A DNA stretch of 64,000 bases from a virus (lineage: Duplodnaviria; Caudoviricetes), in the IMG/VR virus record IMGVR_UViG_3300027708_000016, one strand, 5' to 3'. The notes beneath the pieces are model-generated. The model saw only the letters and a program-made list of their open reading frames with translations. It had not been told where the DNA came from and ran no database searches. Shown here one piece after another: positions 10,177 to 20,865 of the stretch. Each line of letters begins with the position of its first letter. Position 1 is the first letter of the stretch. The translations under genes were made by a program, and so were the position numbers.

Positions 10177-11296
10177 TTGCTATTGGAGTTTGTTTTGTAT
10201 AATCAACTGGTGTTGATCCTGTTGGCGTTTTGTTTGCAAATTCAACATTGTCTTTAACATATGTAATACCTGCATTTAATTTATTTTTTGTATATTCACC
10301 AGCAGCAGCAGCAGGGGTTGCCACCTGTTCTTGAAATTGATTTGTAATTTTATTAATATCATTCAATCCAGATATAACAACTTTTTGTCCACCCATAGTT
10401 CCTGCAAATATATTTGAACTTTGGGATATTAGTTCCTTAAATGTTATAGTTACTTTATATGCTTCTGGAACTAAAATATTATTTCCGTTTGTTATTTCTA
10501 AATAAGATGAAATATCTCTTGTAGTTCCTATACTATCTATTTTAAAATTGGATACATATGCTAAGGGCCAATACAAACCTCCTAAATTTTTACTATCTAA
10601 AGTATATAACTTAGGTGGAATAAAAGTCATAAAGGATGTTCTGGTTTTTAAATTTTGAAAAGTAAACATAGATACAAACGCATAATTGTTAAATGCATCT
10701 ATAATTGTTGTCGTGTTATATAAAGGAAAAGATATTGTTATTTCCTGTAATTCTGTTTTTTTAAATTCGTTAATTTCTTCAAACCCAATTCCTGGCGATA
10801 TTGCACCAAACCCAGCAGCTGCACCTGCACCAAGTATAGAACCAATTGTAGCTTTTTCGGAAACTTTTTTCAAAAGTCCTGGCAATCCTTCCACCGTACC
10901 CCAACTATTATTAATACTTCTAATATTTTCCCCATCTTTTAATAACCAAGGAAAACTATAATTAAATCCAGTTGGTTGTGATGCATACAATTGCAAATAT
11001 GCATCAATTTGACTATGAGTAAAAATATTTTCAACTAATGTTAATGCTTTTGCAAAATTCTGTGTCCACATTCCATACTGAAGTTCTAACTCTCTGGCAA
11101 AAATTCTTGGAACTTCGGCTGCATTACCAGAATTTTTCCATTTAAATTTATTAACAATATCAATTAATCCACCTGCGGTTTTTGGTGTTAATTTCGGAAC
11201 TGCATTAAACAAATTACCGAGACCATATACTTGTTTTTTTGTAGTTGTTACATCATAAAGTAATGTTGGCAACAGTGGTATGTTATTTGTATCCAT
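10163..11296 (-). CDS. Baseplate/tail-tube junction protein (gp48-like)
   Basis: Tube-initiator-like C-terminus (PLAYVSNFKI...PEAYKVTITFKEL); position next to gp53. Confidence 0.55.
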   Translation of the reverse strand: MDTNNIPLLPTLLYDVTTTKKQVYGLGNLFNAVPKLTPKTAGGLIDIVNKFKWKNSGNAAEVPRIFARELELQYGMWTQNFAKALTLVENIFTHSQIDAYLQLYASQPTGFNYSFPWLLKDGENIRSINNSWGTVEGLPGLLKKVSEKATIGSILGAGAAAGFGAISPGIGFEEINEFKKTELQEITISFPLYNTTTIIDAFNNYAFVSMFTFQNLKTRTSFMTFIPPKLYTLDSKNLGGLYWPLAYVSNFKIDSIGTTRDISSYLEITNGNNILVPEAYKVTITFKELISQSSNIFAGTMGGQKVVISGLNDINKITNQFQEQVATPAAAAGEYTKNKLNAGITYVKDNVEFANKTPTGSTPVDYTKQTPIANETR

Positions 11297-11309
11297 AGGT
11301 AATTAATAT

Positions 11310-13526
11310 TTAATGTCTCAAGCCAGGGTTTATACCCCAATACTCTTGTCTAAAATCAAAGTTTCTGTCTCTTGATGATCCCTCACCTCCACCACCTCCA
11401 GCAGATACATTAACCGATGAAAAATTATTTGAACTATTATTAGACATTGCTGCAATTTGTTCGGAAAAAGATTTAAATATAACTTTCATGTTTTTATTAA
11501 GATCAGAAATACCATCAACCTTTAACATATTATCATCTGGTAATAGGGTTAATGGTTCATTTGGTTCGGGAGTATATTGATTTCCATCTGATCCCTGCAT
11601 ATTAAATATTTCACCTATTGGCATACTATCGACTGTATCAATTTTTGTATTTAAAGATTCTATTTCTTGATTTCTTGTATCTTTATTTCTTAGATAATCG
11701 TCCACTATTTGATTATTTTTATCATAAGTTGATTTCCATGCTTCATCTAATACATCTTGTCTTCTTTGATTTTCAACACTTGGATTTTTACTAAGTTGAT
11801 CTCGTAATCGAGAATTGCGTCTCATTATTAATCCATTTTTATCATACTCATCATTTTCAAATCCATATCTTGATTTTTTATATTCTTTTTGACGATCAAA
11901 TAAAGCAGTTAATTGGTTGTTTAAATTATCAAGTTTATCTTGTGCATCAATTTGTTCTTGAGTGCCAAATTTCATTTTACTAGTCAATACTTCCTTATTA
12001 TCTTCTTGGAATTTATCACGTATTAATTTTAATGTTTTTAATTGTTCGTCGTTTTCGGCAATATCAGCAGGTGAAATAGAACCTCTGGCTACGGGTTTAC
12101 TAAAAGCAGCAATATTTTTATTAAATTGATCATTTTTTTTATCATTTTCGTCTGGTATAAAAACATCTTCACCGTTATAATCCATACCCATTATGTTAGC
12201 AAACATTTTTCTCATACCAAACCAATCAGGTATCCACTTTAAAACAGTTTTACCTATTTCTTTTCTTAGATTTTTAGCAAAATCACCAAAATTAATACTA
12301 TTAAATTTTCCTTCTTGGTCTGTGGTTGTAGAATCCAATAATGCTTTAAGCACTGATGGAAAATATCCTAACATAGGAAAACTTTCAAGCTCGTCTAACC
12401 CTTGCATGAATTGACTAGTATTTCCACTTGCTAAACCTTCAAAGAAATTTTTAAAACCAGAACCAATCGTAATCAATGTTCCTATAATTGGTACATCTTT
12501 AAATTTTTGTACAAATTTTTCTTGCCAACCTGAAAGTATATTTAATTTTTTAGCACTTGCTTCAGCAGAAGACCCACCAGCTTTCTCATCCAAAATTGCA
12601 TTCAATACATCAACACCACTTGCAAGAACAAATCCCAAGCCTGGCACCACTTCATCCAAGAGATTAACTAATCCCGATACAACTTCTAAAATTCCCCCTA
12701 CTACATCACCGTTATTAAATCTTTCAATAGCAAAACCAAATGCAAATATTGTTCCAATACCAAGTGGTATTCTTTTTAATGCCACCTTACTAAGATCTTT
12801 AAAAATTAATTTTGCAATATTCTTAATACCAAAACGCAAACCGTTTTTACCGATTATTTCTAAGATGCCCTTGGCAGGTCCATTCACGGAAAATGCTGCA
12901 ATGGTTCCAGCTACACCAGCTAATAACAAAGCAAGAGGTCCCATCAGTTCGGAAACTAAAGCACCTATTTCACCAAACATTCCTTCCTTCTTCGCACCCG
13001 TAACCTTTAAATCAACTTTTCTAAATTTTTCAAAATTTTGACCTAAAAAAGTTTTTGTGTCTTCCCCAATATCAAAAGTTTGTTTTTTAACACCAAATCC
13101 TTTTTGTTCACCATCATCCATTAATTTTTTTGATGGTTGTTGCACCATATCACCAGTTTTACTTGATGATAAAATATTTAAAAATCCTTTTTGATCTTTT
13201 GTAAAATCCGTATCCAATAACTTTGCCATTTTTTCTTTATAGGCATTTATTTTTTCTTTATATTCTTCGGAAATATCACCTATTCCAAATGGATCAACTA
13301 TTTTTTTTGTATTAACATTATCTATGTCACGATTTAATTTAACATAAAGAGATTTTAGTTTGTTTGCTACGGGTGTGAAGAACCCATCTTTAAATGTTGA
13401 ACGAAACTCATCAACATAACTTGAATTGCCTTCAAACAACAGTCTATCCAAGAATTCTTTAGCAGGAACTTCTCCTGTAAAGTCATACTTTGATAAAATC
13501 TGGTTTAATGCATCTAAATCTGCCAT
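11310..13526 (-). CDS. Probable tape measure protein (gp29-like)
   Basis: 738 aa, helical, Gly/Ala hydrophobic segments (KRIPLGIGTIFAFGFAIERF..GD..GG.LE); context. Confidence 0.65.
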   Translation of the reverse strand: MADLDALNQILSKYDFTGEVPAKEFLDRLLFEGNSSYVDEFRSTFKDGFFTPVANKLKSLYVKLNRDIDNVNTKKIVDPFGIGDISEEYKEKINAYKEKMAKLLDTDFTKDQKGFLNILSSSKTGDMVQQPSKKLMDDGEQKGFGVKKQTFDIGEDTKTFLGQNFEKFRKVDLKVTGAKKEGMFGEIGALVSELMGPLALLLAGVAGTIAAFSVNGPAKGILEIIGKNGLRFGIKNIAKLIFKDLSKVALKRIPLGIGTIFAFGFAIERFNNGDVVGGILEVVSGLVNLLDEVVPGLGFVLASGVDVLNAILDEKAGGSSAEASAKKLNILSGWQEKFVQKFKDVPIIGTLITIGSGFKNFFEGLASGNTSQFMQGLDELESFPMLGYFPSVLKALLDSTTTDQEGKFNSINFGDFAKNLRKEIGKTVLKWIPDWFGMRKMFANIMGMDYNGEDVFIPDENDKKNDQFNKNIAAFSKPVARGSISPADIAENDEQLKTLKLIRDKFQEDNKEVLTSKMKFGTQEQIDAQDKLDNLNNQLTALFDRQKEYKKSRYGFENDEYDKNGLIMRRNSRLRDQLSKNPSVENQRRQDVLDEAWKSTYDKNNQIVDDYLRNKDTRNQEIESLNTKIDTVDSMPIGEIFNMQGSDGNQYTPEPNEPLTLLPDDNMLKVDGISDLNKNMKVIFKSFSEQIAAMSNNSSNNFSSVNVSAGGGGGEGSSRDRNFDFRQEYWGINPGLRH

Positions 13527-13532
13527 ATATAA

Positions 13533-13540
13533 TATTTATA
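13533..13540 (-). promoter_or_regulatory. T4-type late promoter TATAAATA
   Basis: Exact match 6 nt upstream of tape-measure ATG; TAA(A/G)TA variants precede most late genes. Confidence 0.7.
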
Positions 13541-13560
13541 TGGCGCATATGATTTATGTC

Positions 13561-14370
13561 TTAACTTAAAAATAATAAACTATCAACTGATATTACCTTT
13601 GTTTTGTCTCCAACACTAACAGTTAAGAAAGAATCTATCTCTTTTTTCCAATTTGACACCTTATCTAGTATCTTTTGGATCAAAGTCGATGGTAATTTTT
13701 CCACAATTTTGATTTTTTGATCAAGAGTCATGGTTTTAAAATTAAATTTGCTATCATTGATGAGCATATAGTTGATATATTTGGAAGTTTCACCTATAAA
13801 TGCATCAGAAATAATACCCTGAACGTCTTTTGTTGACTTCACATCATCAATATTCTTATATTTTTTATAAAATTGCTCTTCGTAATCAACTTCATCCTTC
13901 ACGGAAGGCAAACTTACGTTACATATTATGGTTACAACTTCATTTTTGATTACTAAATCATCAGAATCAGGCAAATTATAGTTTCTAAAATTAGAAATTA
14001 AAGGTTCTAATTTAACTTTTTCGGTGATTTCATCCGTGAATTTTACACTAATTTCTTCTGAAATTTGTGATCTGAGTGTAATTCCAATGAAATATTTGTC
14101 AACAATTGTAAAATTATCTACTATAGACTTGTCTTCGTTTAAAAGGTTTTCTTTCAATATATTATAAAAAGATTTAATAAATTCGGAATTATAAACCGAA
14201 TTATCCATTGCTGCACTTAATAAACTCTTTTGTTGCTTGGCATCTATCTCTTTAAAGGTTAGTGTTTTCTTCAATGATGGAATCCATGCATCGATTTTAA
14301 AAGATTCAGATACACTGTTAAGTGCCGCAATAGCATCGTTAAAATTTAAAATTGGAGTTTCTTCTGACAT
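13561..14370 (-). CDS. Baseplate hub assembly protein (gp51-like)
   Basis: IPSLKKTLTFKEIDAKQQKSLL; paralogous pattern to the adjacent gp26-like gene. Confidence 0.6.
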   Translation of the reverse strand: MSEETPILNFNDAIAALNSVSESFKIDAWIPSLKKTLTFKEIDAKQQKSLLSAAMDNSVYNSEFIKSFYNILKENLLNEDKSIVDNFTIVDKYFIGITLRSQISEEISVKFTDEITEKVKLEPLISNFRNYNLPDSDDLVIKNEVVTIICNVSLPSVKDEVDYEEQFYKKYKNIDDVKSTKDVQGIISDAFIGETSKYINYMLINDSKFNFKTMTLDQKIKIVEKLPSTLIQKILDKVSNWKKEIDSFLTVSVGDKTKVISVDSLLFLS

Positions 14371-14374
14371 ATGA

Positions 14375-15355
14375 TTATTTAGGTGGAGAATCTCCAAATT
14401 CAAGTGCTAAATCTTGAACTGCCCTACTGCTATTACTGTTAATTTTATTAAAATCATAGTTGTCTTGTTTGTTTTCCATTTTTTTAGCTTCCTGAACTAA
14501 CGTAGAATAGATTTTTCTTTCGGATGGAGATATACTCAAGACATATTCTGGCGTTATACCCGATCTTGCTAAATAAGAAATCTCTTGATATATTGCTCTT
14601 ACATCATTTGAATAAAATAATCTTATATAATCTATAAAATTTAAATTAAAAAAGTTAAACGTATAGTTTTTAAAAGTAGAAATTCCAAATAAATCATATG
14701 TCAGAACGTATTTTACACAATCTAAAACTCTGTCTTTTATCTTTTTTATCATCGATATGGATAATTCGTCCATTAAATCTATTTTTTGTTTTAAATTAAA
14801 ATCATTAAAAGAAATTTTTTTATTATTTATTTTTATATATTCTATAAATTCATGATAAGTTTCGTTGAAAATTTGATATTGGTTTTTTTCTAGTGTTAGT
14901 AAGTCTTGAAAAAGCTTTACAGACTCCACCGTGGGCCATCCTAATTTGACTTCTACATTGTTTTCTAACAAAATACTATCAACTAGAGCTTCAGTTGTGC
15001 AACTGTATAGATTTTTCAAAAATACATTTAAATCTATTGTAGTTTTAGTTGATTTAAATTCTTTGTTTTTTGACTCGGTTGTTAAAGTAATAATATTACC
15101 GATGCTTACAATTCTTAATTTTGTAAGAAACAACATATAATCAACAATATTGATTTTATCAAAATCATTTTTATTTTCTAAAATGTTTTTAACAGTGGTT
15201 AATACAAAATTATTAAAGGGAAAATAATTATCCTTTGAGTTATTAAATGATAAATTAGCCTTTGCTAATGCCATTTGTTCATTAGTATTAATTTCCCGAA
15301 ATGCTACAACCTTTTTAGAAAAAGGTAATTCAATATTATAATTGTAATATTCCAC
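14375..15355 (-). CDS. Baseplate hub assembly protein (gp26-like)
   Basis: YNIELPFSKKVVAFREINTNEQMAL N-terminus; C-terminal SPSERKIY. Confidence 0.65.
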   Translation of the reverse strand: MEYYNYNIELPFSKKVVAFREINTNEQMALAKANLSFNNSKDNYFPFNNFVLTTVKNILENKNDFDKINIVDYMLFLTKLRIVSIGNIITLTTESKNKEFKSTKTTIDLNVFLKNLYSCTTEALVDSILLENNVEVKLGWPTVESVKLFQDLLTLEKNQYQIFNETYHEFIEYIKINNKKISFNDFNLKQKIDLMDELSISMIKKIKDRVLDCVKYVLTYDLFGISTFKNYTFNFFNLNFIDYIRLFYSNDVRAIYQEISYLARSGITPEYVLSISPSERKIYSTLVQEAKKMENKQDNYDFNKINSNSSRAVQDLALEFGDSPPK

Positions 15356-15369
15356 TTGTGTTACTTATT

Positions 15370-16146
15370 CTACTGTAACCCAATATAAAGACTTGTACCA
15401 GCATCTTGCACAGCATAACTATCGTAAACAAATTCAACATTACTAGTTCTTAACCCTTCTTCCATGTAGGAATACTCCTCACCTGGCATGTTAACTGGAG
15501 CAACATTATAAAATCTATAAATTTTTCTAATCCCCATCGGTGCAGCAATATTTGAATAACTATTAGAGGGTGCTGCTGCATAAAAATCATTCATTCTTCC
15601 TGTTTTTGCCAACATTACAACATCTACAAAGTTTGATTTTACATAAAGAGGTGAGTTTGTTGGTCTAGCAACTAATCCGTTATAACCAACTGAAATAATC
15701 CAAGGTCTTAAAACTAAATCTAAAAAAGATGCATTAGTTTCAAGCATGGTTACACCCAATTTTTTATAATTTTCTCTATTTGAAGCAGTTGCAGGAGCTT
15801 GAAACCCACCATAATCTAACCCCTTATTACCAGCATCTATGGTTTCACCTGGCAAGCTCACCTGTCTTGCAAATGCACAACCCATTATATTATTTCCAGC
15901 ATATTGTAAGCTACCATCCAACAAATATTGAGTAACATTACTATTTAAATTCCACTGGTCGATAGTTTCTCTGTCTCTTAATATTCCCTGTAAATTACCC
16001 ATTAAGGAATTTACGGAAGTAAAATCAAAATATATCAACCACTGACTAGCAAGAGCTAGACCAGTGGGCCATTTACCCAGTAAATTTAGGTAATAAGAAT
16101 ACGCACTAATACCCCCAAAGGGAGGAAGCATGAAATTATTTGGCAT
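15370..16146 (-). CDS. Tail tube initiator / tube-fold protein (gp54-like)
   Basis: ARQVSLPGE, TMLETN, LRPW, YRFYNVAPV tube-fold motifs. Confidence 0.65.
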   Translation of the reverse strand: MPNNFMLPPFGGISAYSYYLNLLGKWPTGLALASQWLIYFDFTSVNSLMGNLQGILRDRETIDQWNLNSNVTQYLLDGSLQYAGNNIMGCAFARQVSLPGETIDAGNKGLDYGGFQAPATASNRENYKKLGVTMLETNASFLDLVLRPWIISVGYNGLVARPTNSPLYVKSNFVDVVMLAKTGRMNDFYAAAPSNSYSNIAAPMGIRKIYRFYNVAPVNMPGEEYSYMEEGLRTSNVEFVYDSYAVQDAGTSLYIGLQ

Positions 16147-16174
16147 AATAATATTTATGCCTTAGTTCTTATTA

Positions 16175-16714
16175 TTAAGAATTTCTCCAATACTGGTATG
16201 CAATAGTTGCCTGTTGTGTGAGAACATCTCCAGCAGCTGTGATATCCAATGAGAGTTCACCAATTTGCTGTAACCATGCACCATATAATGTATATGTCTC
16301 AAGAGGATTACCTTGCTTATCGATTAAAACTAAAACAACTTGGTTTGATGCAGCAGTTGATGGAATATTATATGCACCAGTACTTGTTGAATCATCAAAA
16401 ATTGATCTTTGCCATGCTTCAAGTTTCTGACGAATTGAAATATTTTGTGGTAAACGGAATGTTACTTGCCATCCCGCACTGTTTGGATAATTCACCGTGC
16501 CTGGCACGTTAAATCTTAATCCCATGAAAGGCACTTCAACGTTCTGAATTGCCTTTGCTGGTAATGTTGTTGTTGTCACATAAAGCAACTCGTTAGTATC
16601 AAAGGTTGTTCCACCTAGTGCTACTACTCTGAATAAATTCGTTCTTGCGAAGTCATTTACTTGGGCTGTGTTATAGAAGTTTTCGATTCCGTATTGGTCT
16701 AGTATTCCACTCAT
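16175..16714 (-). CDS. gp19: Tail tube protein (T4 gp19-like)
   Basis: ARTNLFRV, EVPFMGLRFNVPG, IRQKLEAW, YTLYGAW, TIAYQYW. Confidence 0.92.
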   Translation of the reverse strand: MSGILDQYGIENFYNTAQVNDFARTNLFRVVALGGTTFDTNELLYVTTTTLPAKAIQNVEVPFMGLRFNVPGTVNYPNSAGWQVTFRLPQNISIRQKLEAWQRSIFDDSTSTGAYNIPSTAASNQVVLVLIDKQGNPLETYTLYGAWLQQIGELSLDITAAGDVLTQQATIAYQYWRNS

Positions 16715-16732
16715 ATATTAATATTTATCCTT

Positions 16733-19162
16733 TTATTGTCCAACTATTTCGTTAAAATTAACGCCTGTTTGGGTTGCGATAAAGTCACAGAGAATAAACT
16801 CTGCGGTTTTAACTGGTTGGATGTAAATCGATATCGCTAATTGATTTGAATCGATTACTGAAGGTGTATTGTTTCTTTCGTCACAAACAAGAAGGTAATC
16901 ATATAAACCATTGTTGATTTTTGCATTATCAAATATTGGTCTTAATGCTCCGACTAATCTTGTTCTTGTACTGAATGTATTTGGCTCAAACACAAAGTAC
17001 TTTAATAAAGCCTGTGTTTGTTTTTCCAAGGTTAAGAAAAGTCTACGAACATTAAGGCGATCAAAAGCTGATGGTGTGCGATAGAGAGTCTTCTGTCCGT
17101 ATACCACATAACCTTCATTTGGGAAATATGCAATCGGATTGATATTACCTTTGTAAAGCAAATCTCTCTGTTTCTGTGTTGGGTTTATTGCAACATCAGT
17201 AACATTTGATAATGTACCTCTGCTGAATCCAGCAACTGCACTCCAAGGGAATGATGTTTGAGATGATGAAGCAATTAATCCTGCTACATATCCAGATGGA
17301 GGAAGCCATACTGGTGAATTTGAGAACGTATCATTATATTTGAGCCAGTTGCCATAAGTTACAACATAACTGCTGATATTAGGTGAATACAAGTTGTTAA
17401 GGGGCCAGTATATGTGATCAGAGAACACATAATCAGGTAATGCCGAAGTCTTTTGGTTAGCACCAACTACAAATATATGTCTCAGAGGATCTGCGATGAA
17501 TACGTGATCTTTTCTCGTGTCATTTGCGAGAGATATAAACTGATTTGCAATTGCTTGATAATAAAATCCAGCACCTTGCCCAGTACTACCCGAAGCATTC
17601 GATGTATTATAAAGATTTGCTTTATTGTTGCGATCACTATTAAGATAATTGTATGTATCATCATATGTGATAGGGAGAGTACTATTTGCATTAGATGCAC
17701 TTAATGAGGCGCAACTTGCCCAGATTGTTCCTAAACCTGCTTCAGCAGTTATATCCAAGTTAATTTCATCACTGTTTTGTAATGAATTTAATACATTTTG
17801 TAACTTAAGAGGAATATTACCAACTTTAGCAGCTGATGTATCGGTATCTGATACATAAACACCAAGAGGATATAAACTTTGGGCAGCAGCACCAACGGTA
17901 ACAGTTTTGAGAGGAGTATATACTCCATCAAGTGTAGTGTTACTCCAGTTTCCAACCTTTGAAATATATGGATTTATTAAAACCTGAATATTTCTTGATG
18001 CATTATCAACAACTGTTTCTAACGAGAATGACTTAGCAGCCCCACCATTTGGATTTGGAATTGTTCTATTTGCATAAAGCGAACCAGTATAAGCTTCAGC
18101 AACCTTATAATTTAAAGATATAGTATCTTTATTATAATTTGATGTAGTTATTTTGAAAAGACCAATGACCAAACTGTCATTGTAAGATTTTGAAGCAAAC
18201 GAGAATCCCGTTGGATATTGCTCAATAACCTGTGAAAGACTTGTACCTCCAAAATTTGCATATGCTGCGGTTAATTGGAAATTAAGTCTACTTTGCGGAA
18301 CAGTTGCATATGATTGAACTATACCCGTGTTTGATACTGCCGTTTGAATTGATGTAACCGAAGTAAAGTTTGTTGATGGGTTTACATTCTGGTTACTGAT
18401 AACACCAACATAATATCCTTGGAAAAGACTATCGATACTTCTCTTTGAAGTATTTAAAATAATTAATCCAGCATTAGCTAATGCAGATACGGAATCTGTT
18501 GTAGTTGGAGTAATTGAAGATGTTACATATGATCCACTACTGGAATAATACCATGTTACTGCTGATAAAGTTGGTGAAATTGCACTTACACTCGTAACGT
18601 CTGAAGAAACTGCACTAGCACCCGTGTAAAACGCTGCAAGTGTTGCATAAGTTGCTCCACTACCAATCTGCGTGGAAGATAAAGCATATGGTGTTGTTGA
18701 CCATGTTATATTACCAGATTGTAATTGATTAAATTGATTATTTGTTAAAAGAACAGATGTTGGTGCACCTAAAACATATGCTGATGCATTTTGAAATTGT
18801 GTATTTGATGTTCCAGTAGTATTAGTATCTAATGTTACTGGATAAACTAATGCACTATATGTATTGGAAAAACCCTGACCTGCTTGATCACCATAAGGTA
18901 ATCTGTTTACCAAAAGATTGCCTGGTGAAGTATTTAAAATCTGTCTTGCTGTGTGATAAAGATATCGTTCTGCTGCATTTGTAGGAACGCCAAACGTATC
19001 TTCAAATTCAGAAATACTTGAAATTCTTACAAATTCTTCTGTTGGTCCGTAGTTTGTGAATCCAGTTATAAGGATATCCGTTGCTCCGATTGGTCTTGAT
19101 ATTACGCTAAGATCAGTTTCGCTGATTTGCACACCTGGTGATGTTAAAGTTAAAGTAGACAT
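16733..19162 (-). CDS. gp18: Contractile tail sheath protein (T4 gp18-like)
   Basis: SPGVQISETDLS N-terminus; INPIAYFPNEGYVVYGQKTL, FDRLNVRRLF, FEPNTFSTR; ATG 19162. Confidence 0.96.
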   Translation of the reverse strand: MSTLTLTSPGVQISETDLSVISRPIGATDILITGFTNYGPTEEFVRISSISEFEDTFGVPTNAAERYLYHTARQILNTSPGNLLVNRLPYGDQAGQGFSNTYSALVYPVTLDTNTTGTSNTQFQNASAYVLGAPTSVLLTNNQFNQLQSGNITWSTTPYALSSTQIGSGATYATLAAFYTGASAVSSDVTSVSAISPTLSAVTWYYSSSGSYVTSSITPTTTDSVSALANAGLIILNTSKRSIDSLFQGYYVGVISNQNVNPSTNFTSVTSIQTAVSNTGIVQSYATVPQSRLNFQLTAAYANFGGTSLSQVIEQYPTGFSFASKSYNDSLVIGLFKITTSNYNKDTISLNYKVAEAYTGSLYANRTIPNPNGGAAKSFSLETVVDNASRNIQVLINPYISKVGNWSNTTLDGVYTPLKTVTVGAAAQSLYPLGVYVSDTDTSAAKVGNIPLKLQNVLNSLQNSDEINLDITAEAGLGTIWASCASLSASNANSTLPITYDDTYNYLNSDRNNKANLYNTSNASGSTGQGAGFYYQAIANQFISLANDTRKDHVFIADPLRHIFVVGANQKTSALPDYVFSDHIYWPLNNLYSPNISSYVVTYGNWLKYNDTFSNSPVWLPPSGYVAGLIASSSQTSFPWSAVAGFSRGTLSNVTDVAINPTQKQRDLLYKGNINPIAYFPNEGYVVYGQKTLYRTPSAFDRLNVRRLFLTLEKQTQALLKYFVFEPNTFSTRTRLVGALRPIFDNAKINNGLYDYLLVCDERNNTPSVIDSNQLAISIYIQPVKTAEFILCDFIATQTGVNFNEIVGQ

Positions 19163-19244
19163 ATTTCTAAATGTATTTACCCTACGAAATACCACTTTTT
19201 ACAAAATCTTTTTTTATTTGATTACGATGGTAAGTATTTGCACG

Positions 19245-19514
19245 ATGAGTAAATTTGATTTAGCTGTAGCTTCAATATTAGAAGAAGCAAATTGCACAAA
19301 AACAACACAAAAAACGCATTCAACAAGAAAAGGCAAAAAGTGGATGAAGTGTGTTAAGAATCCAAAAGGTGGATACAAAAGAATCCATTGGGGTCAAGCT
19401 GGTGTAAGAGTTGGAAAGAATAATCCAAAAAGAAGAAAATCATTTCGTGCTAGACACAAGTGTTCAAGTGCAAAGCCAGGCACACCAAAGTATCAAGCTT
19501 GTAAAGATTGGTAA
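19245..19514 (+). CDS. Small basic Cys-containing protein (RRKSFRARHKC type)
   Basis: ATG 19245 after TAAGTA; motif familiar from T4-like phage head-associated small proteins. Confidence 0.65.
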   Translation: MSKFDLAVASILEEANCTKTTQKTHSTRKGKKWMKCVKNPKGGYKRIHWGQAGVRVGKNNPKRRKSFRARHKCSSAKPGTPKYQACKDW

Positions 19515-19533
19515 GTAATAGTATAATAATATT

Positions 19534-19977
19534 ATGAGCAAACAATTTGACAAAATAATAAACAAATTTTTAACCGAAAGTGGAGTTGAAGATGCAATTA
19601 AAAATAATCCACCATTAGATAATGCGCTTAAAACAATTTATAAAAGCAACCCACAAGTTGCTAAAATAACTGGCGCACTTGGTGAAAAGCAAGCCGAAAT
19701 AGCAAACGAAACAGATCCTTCTAAACAAAACGATCCAGCTACTTTGGTTCAACAATTAGCAAGCACAGATCCTGCACACAGCGATATTTCCCATGTAAAT
19801 AATATATTACATCATCAAGGTGTTCCCGAATATTTAACCAAAATTGGTTTACAACCAATACAACCCCAAGAACAAAAAACAAACAGCGAAAAGGCAAAGG
19901 CTGGAGAGCAGCCAAATACCAATCCAAGCGCAAACGACACTAATCAAGCTGCTACCTATAATAAAGCAGTACAATAA
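19534..19977 (+). CDS. Hypothetical protein, putative internal head protein
   Basis: N-terminal FDKIINKFLTE leader; TAAGTA upstream. Confidence 0.55.
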   Translation: MSKQFDKIINKFLTESGVEDAIKNNPPLDNALKTIYKSNPQVAKITGALGEKQAEIANETDPSKQNDPATLVQQLASTDPAHSDISHVNNILHHQGVPEYLTKIGLQPIQPQEQKTNSEKAKAGEQPNTNPSANDTNQAATYNKAVQ

Positions 19978-20000
19978 TATCATTTAGATATTAAATTTTT

Positions 20001-20855
20001 ATGAGCAAAAAAATGCGCCCTAGTAAAAAGGGTTCTGACAGACCTCAATCTGGAAGAATTCGTAACATAACAACAAACAATGAAGCAGGAAAACAAGATG
20101 ATAATTCTCCTTATGTTTTTCAAAGAGATAAAATAAATTTTGATTTATCAATTAAAAATTTACCTTGGACAACAAAACAAAAAGAAATTATTGCAAGATT
20201 TTTAGATAAGGAAACAAAGGTTCTTTTACTTAAAGGACCCGCTGGTACTTCCAAAACAACGCTTGCCATGTATTGTGGATTAACTCTCCTTCAAAATAGA
20301 AGAGTTTCTGATATGGTTCTTGTTCGTTCAGCGGTTGAGTCTTCGGATTCAAAACTTGGATTCTTGCCAGGCACGTTAGATGAAAAAATTGCCGTTTATC
20401 TTACACCTTTCCATGATAAATTTGAGGAATTACTCTGCAAAGCTCAATTAGACAAGCTTCAGAAAGACAATAGATTAACAATTTGTCCAATTAATTTTGC
20501 ACGAGGACTTCATTTCTCTGCAAAATTTATTTGTGCTGATGAAGTTCAAAACTTTTCAAAAAAAGAAATTCATACATTAATGAGTCGTATTGGAGAGTTT
20601 TCAAAAGTATTTCTTTGTGGAGATCCAGAACAATCGGATCTTCCTTATGGTAAGTCTGGTTTTGACAAAGTTTATAATTTATTTGATAACGAAGAAGCAA
20701 GAGAACAAGGTATTTTCTGCATGGAATTAGGGGAAGAAGACATTGTTCGTTCCGTTCTTTGTAGATTTATCACTCATAAGTTCAAAGAATTATATTTGGC
20801 AGATCAACCAAAAGATTTTAATAAAGACAATTGGAAACCATCTGAGGGTAAGTAA
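20001..20855 (+). CDS. phoH: PhoH-like ATPase
   Basis: GPAGTSKT, VRSAVE, GFLPGTLDEK, ARGLHF, DEVQN, GDPEQSD, DIVRS. Confidence 0.95.
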   Translation: MSKKMRPSKKGSDRPQSGRIRNITTNNEAGKQDDNSPYVFQRDKINFDLSIKNLPWTTKQKEIIARFLDKETKVLLLKGPAGTSKTTLAMYCGLTLLQNRRVSDMVLVRSAVESSDSKLGFLPGTLDEKIAVYLTPFHDKFEELLCKAQLDKLQKDNRLTICPINFARGLHFSAKFICADEVQNFSKKEIHTLMSRIGEFSKVFLCGDPEQSDLPYGKSGFDKVYNLFDNEEAREQGIFCMELGEEDIVRSVLCRFITHKFKELYLADQPKDFNKDNWKPSEGK

Positions 20856-20865
20856 GTATAATACG

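Noticed and set aside
19056-19244. Long N-terminal extension of ORF 19056..19514
   Set aside because: Overlaps the sheath gene antisense; TAAGTA promoter and leader motif place the start at 19245.
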